Of a stretch of DNA of 64,000 nt, positions 26,651-37,268 are shown piece by piece. The stretch is taken from NCBI RefSeq assembly GCF_036321535.1, contig NC_087467.1, positions 18,352,001-18,416,000 of the forward strand, given 5' to 3'. The position numbers and the translations under genes are program-made. Origin of the DNA: Camelus dromedarius (lineage: Eukaryota). The first letter of the stretch is position 1; every line of letters starts with the position of its first letter. Under the pieces are notes generated by a model. It was not told the origin of the DNA. It ran no database searches and saw only the letters and a list, made by a program, of their open reading frames with translations.

Positions 26651-27309
26651 AGGGCCAGAGTCAGGACGATCTCCTTTTTACACATAAAGAAACCAAGGCA
26701 CAAAGATATTTAGTAGTTTGATCAAGGCCAACCAGCCAGTACAGGGGCAGAGCCAGGATTTGAATCTAGGAGCGTTGGCCCAAGAGTCTGTGCTCTTAAC
26801 CAAGACATCACTGAGGAAAATAAGGTGGGTTGGTGGGGGTACCACTATCAGTAAAATACAGTGCCATCCATCATGGTCCTCATAGTTTGGCTGGGAAACT
26901 CACATACCTCTCTGGATGAGATCCTCACTTGTAAAATAAATGTGCTGATCTCAGAAGTCCCTTCCAACTTCTGGATTCTGTGATCTTCTCAAATGCTAAA
27001 TTTCCCACTTCTAGATACTAAGACTCTAAAGTAAGCTTATGTTGAAAAGCAATCTAAAGAAACCGGTGATTCGGGATGACGACGTGGAATCTTCTCTTCC
27101 TCCTACTCCTCATTCATTCATCGCTCACCAAACACATACTCAACATGAAACACTATTAAGTTCTAGAAATAAAGACAGGAATAAGTCCTCTTCTCTTAAA
27201 AAGTCTCTGGTCTAAAATAGGAAGGCGTTTTGAAGAGGAATAATTTGGCCGTACAACAGCGCTTCACACAGTGGTTTGCACGTGTGCACGTGACGGCTTC
27301 TTCCACCGT

Positions 27310-27820
27310 CAGGACGGGGAAACGCCCCTCCTCTCCTCTTGTGTTCTTGTGTCTGGGCCAGGAATACAACTGACACAAGACAGATTAACAAGAGAAAAAG
27401 CAGCGCATTTAATTTGTGTGCACAGAGGTCTCATAGAGACGGGACCTGAGAAGTGGCCAAAGCAGGTAGCGTTTATGCTTCTTAGACAAAGAAGCAATAA
27501 ATTTGGGAGGAATTGACAGGACAAGGAAACTTAGGCGTGGGTGGTTAATTAGTAAGGGATTCAAGCAAACTTTGGGCTTGGGGAGTAAGTTAGTAAAGAA
27601 GTAACAAGTGTACAGGCTTCCTAGCCCTGAATTCCCTGCCTCTGGTGATAAGGATGCCCGCCTACCCCGCAGTACAAGGAGGGCACTTTTCTTTTGGGAG
27701 ATTAATTTCCTGCTTTCAGGGAGAAGGAAAGGAGGGTAAAAGTGTCCCTCTTGCATTGACTGTTCCTTAAATAATTTTAATTCAAAGCAATCGACATGCC
27801 ACTGAGGCATCTTTTGGGCC
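27310..27820. mobile_element. ERV LTR-like element (MER34/LTR39-like, subfamily uncertain)
   Basis: gacacaagacagattaacaagagaaaaagc...ttcctgctttcaggg...ttccttaaataattttaattcaaag resemble recalled ERV1 LTR motifs. Confidence 0.5.
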
Positions 27821-28035
27821 CCAGTACTACTATTCTAGCTGAAATTTAAATGGAGTGCTCTCCAGCATTAAAGTAGAGGAAGGTGTCTGCTAACACTGAC
27901 ACAGGCTTACGCTCTAAATGCTCCTAACAGTTAATGGAAAATATCAGGGAACCTTGAAGGTTTATTACGGGGGAAAGTGCTCGCACCATACTTGCCACCA
28001 TCAAGACGGCAGAGGATGAGTGCCTGTGGACTCAC

Positions 28036-28127
28036 CATTTCTCCTCTTCTACTTGAACTCCTACGGACTGGAACTTACTGGGCGCCTTATTTTCCCCTGG
28101 TTTGTCAGGTTCCTCAGCGTCATCCAC
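28036..28127 (-). CDS. DLGAP1: DLGAP1 internal coding exon (92 nt): VDDAEEPDKPGENKAPSKFQSVGVQVEEEK-C
   Basis: Too short for the ORF track and read by hand. Acceptor tttatttcttcag|GTGGAT, donor AAATG|gtgagt. Its phase 0 start fits the upstream exon, and its trailing TG joins the leading C of the 12366 exon to give Cys. Confidence 0.96.
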
Positions 28128-28721
28128 CTGAAGAAATAAAAGCAGAGGTGCTCTGTTCTAGTTCTCCTGCTTGAAAAACAAAGTCACGTTTCATTACAAA
28201 CATCTCTGGTATTACTGGAATGTTTGTGATGTGTAACCTTTCTGTTCACTATTTGTGTATTTGATGAGCCCCTCACTACATTGTTAGCATGCGTTTTGAC
28301 CCTGATTCCAGTGAAGTGCAGTTTTGTTCACTCCCAAGCTGCCTGGTCAATGTCCATGGTTCCTCCGTAGACGTGTGAGGACGTACTTACCTGTGAGTGC
28401 TGTACTAGAAGGGAGCACCTCGTGGGATTGTGTTTTTGAAAGATTTGATTTTGCAGATAACAAAATACAAAAAAAGGAAGAAATTTCACTTTATCATAGT
28501 TAGAATTGTTGACATCAGGAGATTTAGCTATTAACCTTATTAAGATAAACTATAGAGTATCTTCATTTTGTTCCCCTTAAGTTAAGGAATTGGCTTGGAT
28601 ATCACTCCATCGCTTCTAAACAGCTTTGTAAATCTTATGGTTTACATGGAAAATGTGTTTATATATAACTGAGAGCTTATGTGACACATGAGGCCCAAAC
28701 CCAAATTTAAAATAAATCTCA

Positions 28722-28953
28722 AGGGGGCAGGGGGTGGGAAGAGATAGACTGGGATTTCAAAATTATAGAACAGATAAACAAGATTATACTGTAGAGCACA
28801 GGGAAATATATACAAGATCTTATGGTAGCTCACAGAGAAAAAAATGTGACAATGAATATATATATGTTCATGTATAATTGAAAAATTGTGCTCTATACTG
28901 GAATTTGACACATTGTAAAATGATTACAAATCAATAAAAAATGTTGAAAAAAT
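28722..28953 (+). mobile_element. Young 5'-truncated artiodactyl L1 3' end
   Basis: ctgtagagcacagggaaatatatacaagatctt...aataaaaaa. 12-bp target-site duplication aaataaatctca at 28710-28721 and 28954-28965, at a TT/AAAA endonuclease site. Confidence 0.88.
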
Positions 28954-29329
28954 AAATAAATCTCATGACTCTTCAGAGCAATTAGATTTATTCCTCTTTT
29001 TCCTCTATGTTTTTAATAAATTATTTTTTTAAATATGAAAGCAATTTAATGTAAGTTTTATCATTTGTCTTTTAAATTTTGTCCTTCATTGCAGAGGATC
29101 TGAAATTACTCTGCAGTCAATCTAGCTTTGATAGTTTGGAAAGGCCTTCTTTTCCCTGAGCATATTTTTATTTAGTTTTTAAATTTCAGCTTTATTCCCC
29201 AAGGGGGTGCAAGGTCCACCTGCAATATCAAGTGGATGCGTGGAGTGAACGGAGCAGACTCCTGCTCCGATTCCCTGCTCCAAAAGTCCGTTTAATAGAC
29301 TGTCCTCGGACAGAGAACGCGGAAAACTA

Positions 29330-29790
29330 CTGACCACGCTTGCTAGAGAACGGGAAGGCAGCCTTGAGCCGGGGCACTGGCAGAGCGGGCACGGACACCA
29401 CTGCAGCGAGGTTTTGGTGGCAGCAGAGAGACGGGCTCCCTCCCAAACACACCAGGGGCAAGCGGGCATTTACATCCGGGGGGCGAGGTAGGGGTCAGTG
29501 GGTAAAAAGCACTAAGAAAACACATCAAGATTAAGAGGGGGTTCTGGCTGGCCTGATGTAACATTTAGGTTAGGTCTGAAGGCAGGCCAGGGGGCTCAGA
29601 CGTCACCTGAGGATGGTGGGGGAGTGAAGAACCCATCAGGTGCCGAGGGAGATGCGGTATCAGGGGCTGGGGATTCGGGTAAACTCAGTAAGACTCTCAC
29701 TAAAACCAGGCGATGCAGGAGGGACACATAAACACACAAGCGGAGGTCTGGCTTGGAAGAGAATTTGGGAGCATGACTAGAGTGTGCTTA
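29330..29790. mobile_element. MER21-like LTR
   Basis: gaaggcaggccagggggctcagacgtcacctgaggatggtggggga resembles the recalled MER21 consensus. Confidence 0.5.
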
Positions 29791-30645
29791 AGGAGAAACT
29801 CTGACAATACGATCTTCACAGTTTTTCTTTACTGTAAGTCAGCTGACTGTGAATCAGAGATGATGCGACCTTTTTATTTCTCAGATCCCTCTTTCAAATC
29901 ATACTAACGATTCATTTTGTTTGCATCGTTCTAATTAGTTCACTCAGCTTGGCCGAGGCAAGTTTTGCCATTTGCAGCTGGACTTCTCTCTTCAGACAGG
30001 ACATAGAATGTACCTCAGCATACCTGGGCATGTAGTAAAGGAAGTGCAGTCTCAAAGAGGTTTATCTTTAGCTCAGAGAATGCGGAAGCAATGGCATGCT
30101 ACACGATATGAAAGAGTGAGCTTAAAGCTCTTTGCGGTTGTTTCGCAACGTGAATTAAATGGAAATAGATGGACGCCACAATCTAACATCTGGAGGAGTT
30201 ATGGTCTGAAGCTGGTATGTGAAACTCATTTGTAGTTGAAATTACTCTTGAGAGACTAAAAGTTGGTGTAACCGACTGCTGCCACGGGCCACGGCGGGGG
30301 AGGGGGACAGGAGTCAGAGGTAGGAAGAAGGGGGAATTCATTCTTTGCTCTATGTACTTTTGTACTGTGTGAATCCTTTACAGCAATACTGTATGCATGT
30401 AACTTTAAGAAAAAAACCAAAAAAATTTACCATGAATGTTACCCTTGACTTTTTAGAAGACATAAAGCTTCGCTCTAAATCCAAAGCAGCTAGTTACCTG
30501 CACCATCCCAGGACTAGAACACCAGAAAAAAACACCAGATAAAGTAGTTGACTTGAGTTTTGGAGACATCTTCTTTAAAAATACATATTTTAAAATATTC
30601 TAGAATCATCTTTAGTGCTGTGAGAGGCTCCCACTAAAAGACCAT

Positions 30646-30690
30646 GGTCGAGGAGAGCATAGCTTAGCATGCATGAGGTCCTGGGTTCAA
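30646..30690 (+). mobile_element. Vic-1-like SINE fragment truncated by an N gap
   Basis: gcttagcatgcatgaggtcctgggttcaa runs directly into the Ns. Confidence 0.8.
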
Positions 30691-30841
30691 NNNNNNNNNN
30701 NNNNNNNNNNNNNNNNNNNNNNNNNNNNNNNNNNNNNNNNNNNNNNNNNNNNNNNNNNNNNNNNNNNNNNNNNNNNNNNNNNNNNNNNNNNNNNNNNNNN
30801 NNNNNNNNNNNNNNNNNNNNNNNNNNNNNNNNNNNNNNNNN
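30691..30841. other. N gap (151 nt) starting inside a SINE
   Basis: Seen directly. Confidence 0.99.
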
Positions 30842-32409
30842 TGGGAGCCAAGACTTCACACCCACCACACCCATCTTGGGCTATTTACCGCACATGCTCA
30901 GTGGGGGAAATAGCACAGTATTTATTATTTGGATAAAGTGCCTTGTTCTGGTGACTTCCCCGTTGTCCAGAGGCTCCAGGCCCATCTTCTAGACCCAGCT
31001 GCTCTGTGGCACAGGGGCCGGGACTCTGCACACTGCCCTCCCCAGCCTTTCCTGCCGGCCCCCCTCCGGTTAGGGTCTAACAAAGGAGGGTAGGACGAGG
31101 GGCTTCCTTCCTGCTTCCACCCCCTGCTGGCAGCTGTGGCTCAGCTCGGCCCCCCGGACAGCCCGACAGCCGGTGCGCCAGCTGCTCCCTTGGACGTCCC
31201 GGCACCAGCTGGCCACGCTCATCTCAGCGGTGGGAGGCCACCACGGGTCTCTCCTCGGTGTTCCTGAATTCTGGTCACCCTGCCTTTCCCCTTCTGCTCC
31301 GTAGTCCGAGGCGGGTGACTGCGTACTGCGCACCTCCACGGCTCTCTCAGCCTTCCCATCCCTGGAGAACCAATTTTGTGCATTAAGCCACTTCTGTTTG
31401 AGAAACAAGTGTAGCTTCTGTTTTCTGGAATGGGATTCTAACCGATTCCATACGGCTTACATTCATGCAAGTTAAAAATGCTTGGGATGTCAACCAAAGG
31501 AGGAGGCTGACGCCTTCCACTCTGTGGTTTCAGAATTACCCAGGGAAGCTCTTTTTGAAAGCATGCCAGCTATTTCCCTTAAGAACTGCGATGCTCAAGG
31601 CACGGACAAAGGGAGAGAGAAAGGAAGTGGGGGTCACCAGGATGAGACTGGAGGGTGTTGTACTCTGTGCCAGGCCTGCCCCACACACCCAAACTCACAG
31701 TTTATTTGCATCAAGGTGTTGTCATCTTCTTAAGCTTTAGTCACTGCATGTAAATTTATCTCTGTGACTTTAACCTCCTGGTTAGACCCAAATAGTGACG
31801 AATGTCACCTCTCCTACATAGTAACGTAGGCTCATCTACTTAACTTTATGAAGAGGCATTCAAAAATTTTAAAGACGTTGCAGGGTTAATTCAATCTCTG
31901 TCCTGAAAACAATGGAGAAAGCCCTTGGCAGATGATACAGTTTTGGAGGTTTTGGCTAATCAGAATTTTAAAGGAGGCTAATGCTGACAGTAATAACGAA
32001 GCCCAATAGTTACGGGGCCCTCAGTGTGCCAGGCACTGTGCTTCGAAGCTCACACGCACTGCACCAGTCAGTTTTCATTACCGCCTCTAACGCACCCACT
32101 GAACAACAACTGTTATTGCTCCCATTTTCCAGGCGAGGAAACCAAGAACTACTAAGGACTTGGTCTAAGTTCACACAGGTTGGAAATCATTATCATATAA
32201 ACTTTAGGTATGGGCTTAATTTTAAATGTTGGGAAAGACTTGGAAACTCTGACCCTAAAGAGGGAACGTGTGAGAAGGATTCCAGGGCCCTAGTATCACA
32301 TATTTGGTGGATTAGGATCTAAATTAGATTATAGTGTAATGAATTTGATGACTATTTTGTATTCTAAATTTTAATTTACTTGTTATTTTCCATTGAAGAA
32401 GTAGCATAA

Positions 32410-32600
32410 TGTGGTCACATTAGCTGTCAAAGTACAATCTGAGCTCTGTCAGCATAAGCTGTGTGACCTTGGGCAAGCTACCTAACTTCTCTGTGTCCTC
32501 ATTTCTAGGGCAGGGATAATAACACCACCTATGAGGGTTGCTACGGGGACTGAATGAGTTAACAATAAGGCGTGCAGTGCGCTCATATAATTTCTGTAGC
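32410..32600. mobile_element. MIR
   Basis: gctgtgtgaccttgggcaagctacctaacttctctgtg...aatgagttaac core. A second MIR of opposite orientation lies at about 31990-32180. Confidence 0.8.
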
Positions 32601-34706
32601 TGTGAACACTGATGGGAGGAGGATTAAGAACAATTCTTTTGCTCAGTAAAATAGCCAAATATCCAGAGAGTAGGGTGGTCTCTGAAACAAAGGCATTCTC
32701 CCCAGCTTGATTTGTGAATTTCAGAGTAGTTCCATCTTCCTGGGCGAAAATAATGATCATAAAAGTCGGACAGCACATAGTTTATGGATGCTTCATTCTA
32801 AGCACTATTTGGAGAGTAACCTGTAAGACCAACCAGCAGAGCTGGGAGGTGATTAAGGTAGATTCACAAAAGCTTTTAAATAAAACAAACAGTAAGACTG
32901 ATAAATAATTACCTTGAAAATACATTGTTGAGTGGAAAAAGGCAAGATATAGAATATGTGAGTTATATGCTGCTAAAAAGGAAATAAATAAAATATATAT
33001 TTGCTTGAATAGACACAAAATGTCCATGCTGGGAAATGCAAATATTGGTTACACAGATTCTTCTCCGGAAAGAGAACTAACTGGTTATTGACTAGCGAGT
33101 CACTGTCTACCTTTTTATAACTTTTGAATTTTGACCCATAGGAATATACATCCATTGAAAAAAATAACATACAGAAAAAATCCCAAATTGAATGTTAAGG
33201 AAATAGAAACTAACATGACTGGGTGCCAGGTAGGAAGGCGGATTTTTTGTGTAGGGGCGGGTAAAACAGACATAATATAAAATTCTCCACTTTAACCCTT
33301 TTAAAGTGTATGGTCCGAGGGGATTTAAGTACATCCACATTCTTGTGCTACCATCATCACTCTCCATCCCCAGAATTTTTTCATCTTCCCAAATTGAAAC
33401 CCTACAGGAAGCTGGGTTATGAAAACTCAGTCTTCAAAACAATCCCGCGTAGGTTACACGAGAACACAGGCTCAGAAGGTTCAGTAATTTGCCAGGACAG
33501 CACAGAGGATCAACCTCTGCTCTTCCCCACTCCTCAAAGTCCTCTGGGAGGTGGGTGGGAATTAGCTTCTGGGAGAGGGGTCGGGGTGAGCGTGGGTGGG
33601 GGCTGGCTTCAGGCCCGTGCCTCCTGCTGGGTCACTTGGTCCCAAGTACCAGTGCTACAAGGTTTTAGGAAACTTTACAATTCATGCCGTGTTAACCCGT
33701 AGGTTATAAAAAAGCATTTGACTCATTGCTACTAGAGAAAGTTTAATTGCCTTTCAAAGTGGACTCCGCAGAGTGGACGGGGAACATAAATCATCGCTGT
33801 GAAAACGTACCCCGCACCTGGCTCTTAGCTGTGCCTCAGAGTTGGTTCAGCGTGGAGATATTTATTGGATGTCACATCAGGGAGTTATTATTCAAAGGGC
33901 ACTGCAGGATGGTACAGCACAGCAAAGACGGGGGGTAAGAATGACTTCCCCACTCACGGAAGGAGGTTTGTGGCAGGGGAAGCCAAGCCGACCCGATGGA
34001 AAAACAAGCATCAGTTTGATCTTAGCTCCAGGCAGCAGAAAACAGGGTCCTGAACTGAGAAGCCTGCAGAATTATCTACCTCTTTTATGAAACGCACGAT
34101 TAAATAGCCCACAGTTACGCAGAACCCGGTGCCCAGTCCTTGCTCAGGTTGCTGTGATGTGAGTTACTGCTCTCCACGCGGTCCGTCCCTCTGGTCTCAC
34201 TCGCCCTCACTCCCACGTCCGTGAGAAGTGGTTCGCATTTTTGTTCTCATAAGATAACTCAATAGCGATGAACACACTATCATGCAACCCCAAACCCAGG
34301 CTATGCTTGGATGTCCACTCCTTTTGTGGGAATCAAAATGTGCTGTAGGAATTGAGAGCACTTTGTTTGATTGTGTCCACGTTTAATTACCCTCACCTTG
34401 TCTCACACATTCAGTTTTGAAAACAAAACTAAAAGCTGCTAATCAACTATACTTCAATTTTTAAAAAATGGAATCTTTGGGAAGAAAAAAGAGGCCAATA
34501 ATGTCGATCGATAAAACACCTTCATAATTTTAAAAAATGACATGTAACAACATAGAGGAGTCCAGAGCCAGTAATCTGAGGATCTGGTCCTACAGTACCC
34601 ACATTATCCAAAATGGCAAGATGACGAATCTTCCAGAAAAAACAAAAAAAGGTCCTGTTTCTTTGTTTGGGTTGCTATTTCAAATGGCAGAAAAGGAGGC
34701 TGTTAC

Positions 34707-34969
34707 CTGTATCCCGATGGACAGGCATCGATTTTTCTTAAAGTGATCCTTCTTCCTGTCGTCTGTAGTGACGGTGGTGATGGCGGTCGTGGTGGTGACG
34801 GTGGCAGAGTTGTTGCCCACGTGTTGACTCGCAGGGCCATGGATCTGGGCGTTGGCGGCCTCGATGGCGGCTGTCAGAGCCTTCATACTGTCCAGGCTCT
34901 CCGTGGAGTTGCTCAGTCCAGACTGGCTGATAATATCGCCCCGCGGGCCCTGTCCGTCCATGTAAGCAT
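34707..34969 (-). CDS. DLGAP1: Visible 3' part of a DLGAP1 coding exon: D-AYMDGQGPRGDIISQSGLSNSTESLDSMKALTAAIEAANAQIHGPASQHVGNNSATVTTTTAITTVTTDDRKKDHFKKNRCLSIGIQ
   Basis: ORF 34680-34961 matches SAPAP1. Donor ATACAG|gtaaca at 34707/34706. The 5' part of the exon (about 111 nt expected from the recalled orthologue) lies in the N run 34970-35101. Confidence 0.95.
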
Positions 34970-35101
34970 NNNNNNNNNNNNNNNNNNNNNNNNNNNNNNN
35001 NNNNNNNNNNNNNNNNNNNNNNNNNNNNNNNNNNNNNNNNNNNNNNNNNNNNNNNNNNNNNNNNNNNNNNNNNNNNNNNNNNNNNNNNNNNNNNNNNNNN
35101 N
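34970..35101. other. N gap (132 nt) covering the 5' part of a DLGAP1 coding exon
   Basis: Seen directly; the coding frame runs into it. Confidence 0.99.
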
Positions 35102-35891
35102 GACACTGATTTCTGCATGGGTTTTACCTTCCGATACCATAACTGACATCCACGGGAAATCAGGGCCCATGAAACACACCGAGACATTGAACGTGGAGAC
35201 GGGTCTGTTGATAGACTCAGTGAGATCCCCGCCTGGGGGGAGGTTTGGGCCTTCTATCAGGTGACACCCCCCCAAGATTGAGGGGGAAGGAGACTGGGAA
35301 ACACCAGTCTCTGAGATGGAATGTTCTGAAATGGAGATTAACGTGAAACGACTTAAGACAGGCGTGACCAGCCATGTGTGGGAAACTTCCCAGGCCATAG
35401 TGCACCCTGAGAGATAGTGTCTGACACGGATGAGCCCGGGGCGGGGCTCTCTGCCTTCTCAGGAAAATATTAACCATAGCTAATGTTGGACAAACTAACA
35501 CACTGGAGAAGATTCTGGTGGTTGATAAAGAACATTGGAAAAAGAAGGACAGCAAAGAGGTGAGCTGTGTGTTATCATCCTAAGAGCAGCACAGAGTGCC
35601 TGGGGGGCGGGGCAGGGGGTCCTGCAGGGCAACTGGACCAGCCCGAGGGTCTGAATCTGCTCAGTGGGGCGTCCCTCTTGGGGACACCAGCTGGGGCAGC
35701 CTCCAGCCCCTCTCTCCAGCCTTCTGAGGATAACCCTAGGGTCTTGAAGAAGCTTTTACACACTGGTTTTCAGCTTTCCATTTGTGGAGCAAGACGTAGG
35801 AAAATACAGATCAAAAAGAATTAAGTTTCCAAGTGGGAACAGCTGGCTGGTAAAGAACAATTCCTTAACCAGCTTTCTAAAGACTCGTCTA

Positions 35892-35990
35892 GGGGAGGAG
35901 GGTATAGCTCAGTGGCGGAGTGCCTTGGTGTACACCAGGTCCTGAGTTCAACCCCCAGTGCCTCAGGTCATAAAAAATAATAATAATAAA
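35892..35990 (+). mobile_element. Vic-1-like tRNA SINE (diverged)
   Basis: gggtatagctcagtggcggagtg...ggtcctgagttcaacccccagt followed by an (aat)n tail. Confidence 0.85.
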
Positions 35991-37250
35991 GACTTTTGTT
36001 TAGTCCCCTTAAAATAATTCAAACTATTGTGTTTCCATCACTTTCTCCTCCGCCTCATTCCCCTCCCCATCCCCACCCCGTTCCCACTCACAGCTGCTGG
36101 GACTGTTAACACGGAACTAGCTAGTCCCGACCACGCGAGTCCAACTAGTTATCTACGGTTGGTTCTAGCTGCCACTGGGGCCATCTCGCTGAAGGAAATA
36201 CTCGCTTCAATATTTAGGATGTTTCCTGAGGCCACTCTATAATGAACAATAAACAGGAGGGTCCTGTTTCACCGTCCTGTGATTTGGAGTGATTTCCTTA
36301 ACCACAAAAGATACGAAACAGAAATGGACAGAAACGTCTGGCTGCTTCCCAGGGACTGGCGCAGACTTGGAGGAACAGAAAGGCACAGATGTCACAGGAC
36401 AGTATCATAGGAGCTCCGGAGCTGGGGGCGCCGTAAACCACAGAAAAGTAGCCAACTCTCAGTTACCTGGGCTGGCCGAGGGCCGCCCCAGGAAAAACCT
36501 CCATCTCAGCTGTGTACGAATCACACATCTCTCAGCGTGAACAGAGCTCAGTCATACACACTCCAGCCTCCGCAGTTTTTAGCTCAGGCGCCTGAGAGTG
36601 GAGGCTCAAGGCTCCCATGGGAACAGAGCTGGGAGAGCGCCTGGCTCGGATTCTCCTACCAGCCACCGGGAAGCCTCTGGCTGAGGATGCAGACACGCTC
36701 AGGGGTGCTGCTTCACCTCACTCGACTGAGTTTCATGCACCGTAACCACTGCGGAGCTGCCCTCTGCTTCCCAGGAAGTTGTAAGGGGTGATGCCAGCCA
36801 GAGTGGGCGGGAGGCGGAGGGACCATCATTCGCATAGAATCAGTCTGTCTATTCAAATCTAAGAAACGAGGACATTTTAGGACTTGTCTCCTAAGACAAG
36901 TCTTTGTAGAGTGAACTCATTATTTTGTTCTAAATGGATTCTCAGGACGTTCGGCCCAACCATATTCCGAAGAACTTAATATTCTTCGTCAAACGCCTGA
37001 TCTTTGGGGTTATTTACTGCTTGTTGTTAGCCACCCCTGAATTCCCCTTTCGGTGTGGAGAATCAAAGCTGGACAATATAGCCAAATATAGTATCATTCA
37101 TTTGCTGTGATTTAGTTAAAATCCTGCCACGGTGAGATATATGTGGTATAGGCGGTAAGGACGAGGTTGTGGGGAGGAGGGGGTGTCACCATTATTTCCA
37201 GTGAAATGGCAGGATTGGCTACACACACCCCCTGGGGGCCAAGTGCAATT

Positions 37251-37268
37251 TGGCGCCATCTGGTGGCT
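37251..37268 (-). promoter_or_regulatory. CTCF core motif
   Basis: Minus strand reads GCCACCAGATGGCGCCA, a full match to CCASYAGRKGGCRS. Binding itself is not shown. Confidence 0.6.

Noticed and set aside
34397-34474. Possible 78-nt minus-strand exon (cccaaag|ATTCC...CAAG|gtgagg) 230-310 nt after the upstream exon
   Set aside because: AT-rich, weak AAG acceptor and an in-frame stop at codon 7; such pseudo-exons are common and there is no further support.
34913-35398. 161-aa and 173-aa ORFs spanning the N gap
   Set aside because: Their frames depend on the arbitrary N count and the visible translations resemble nothing known.
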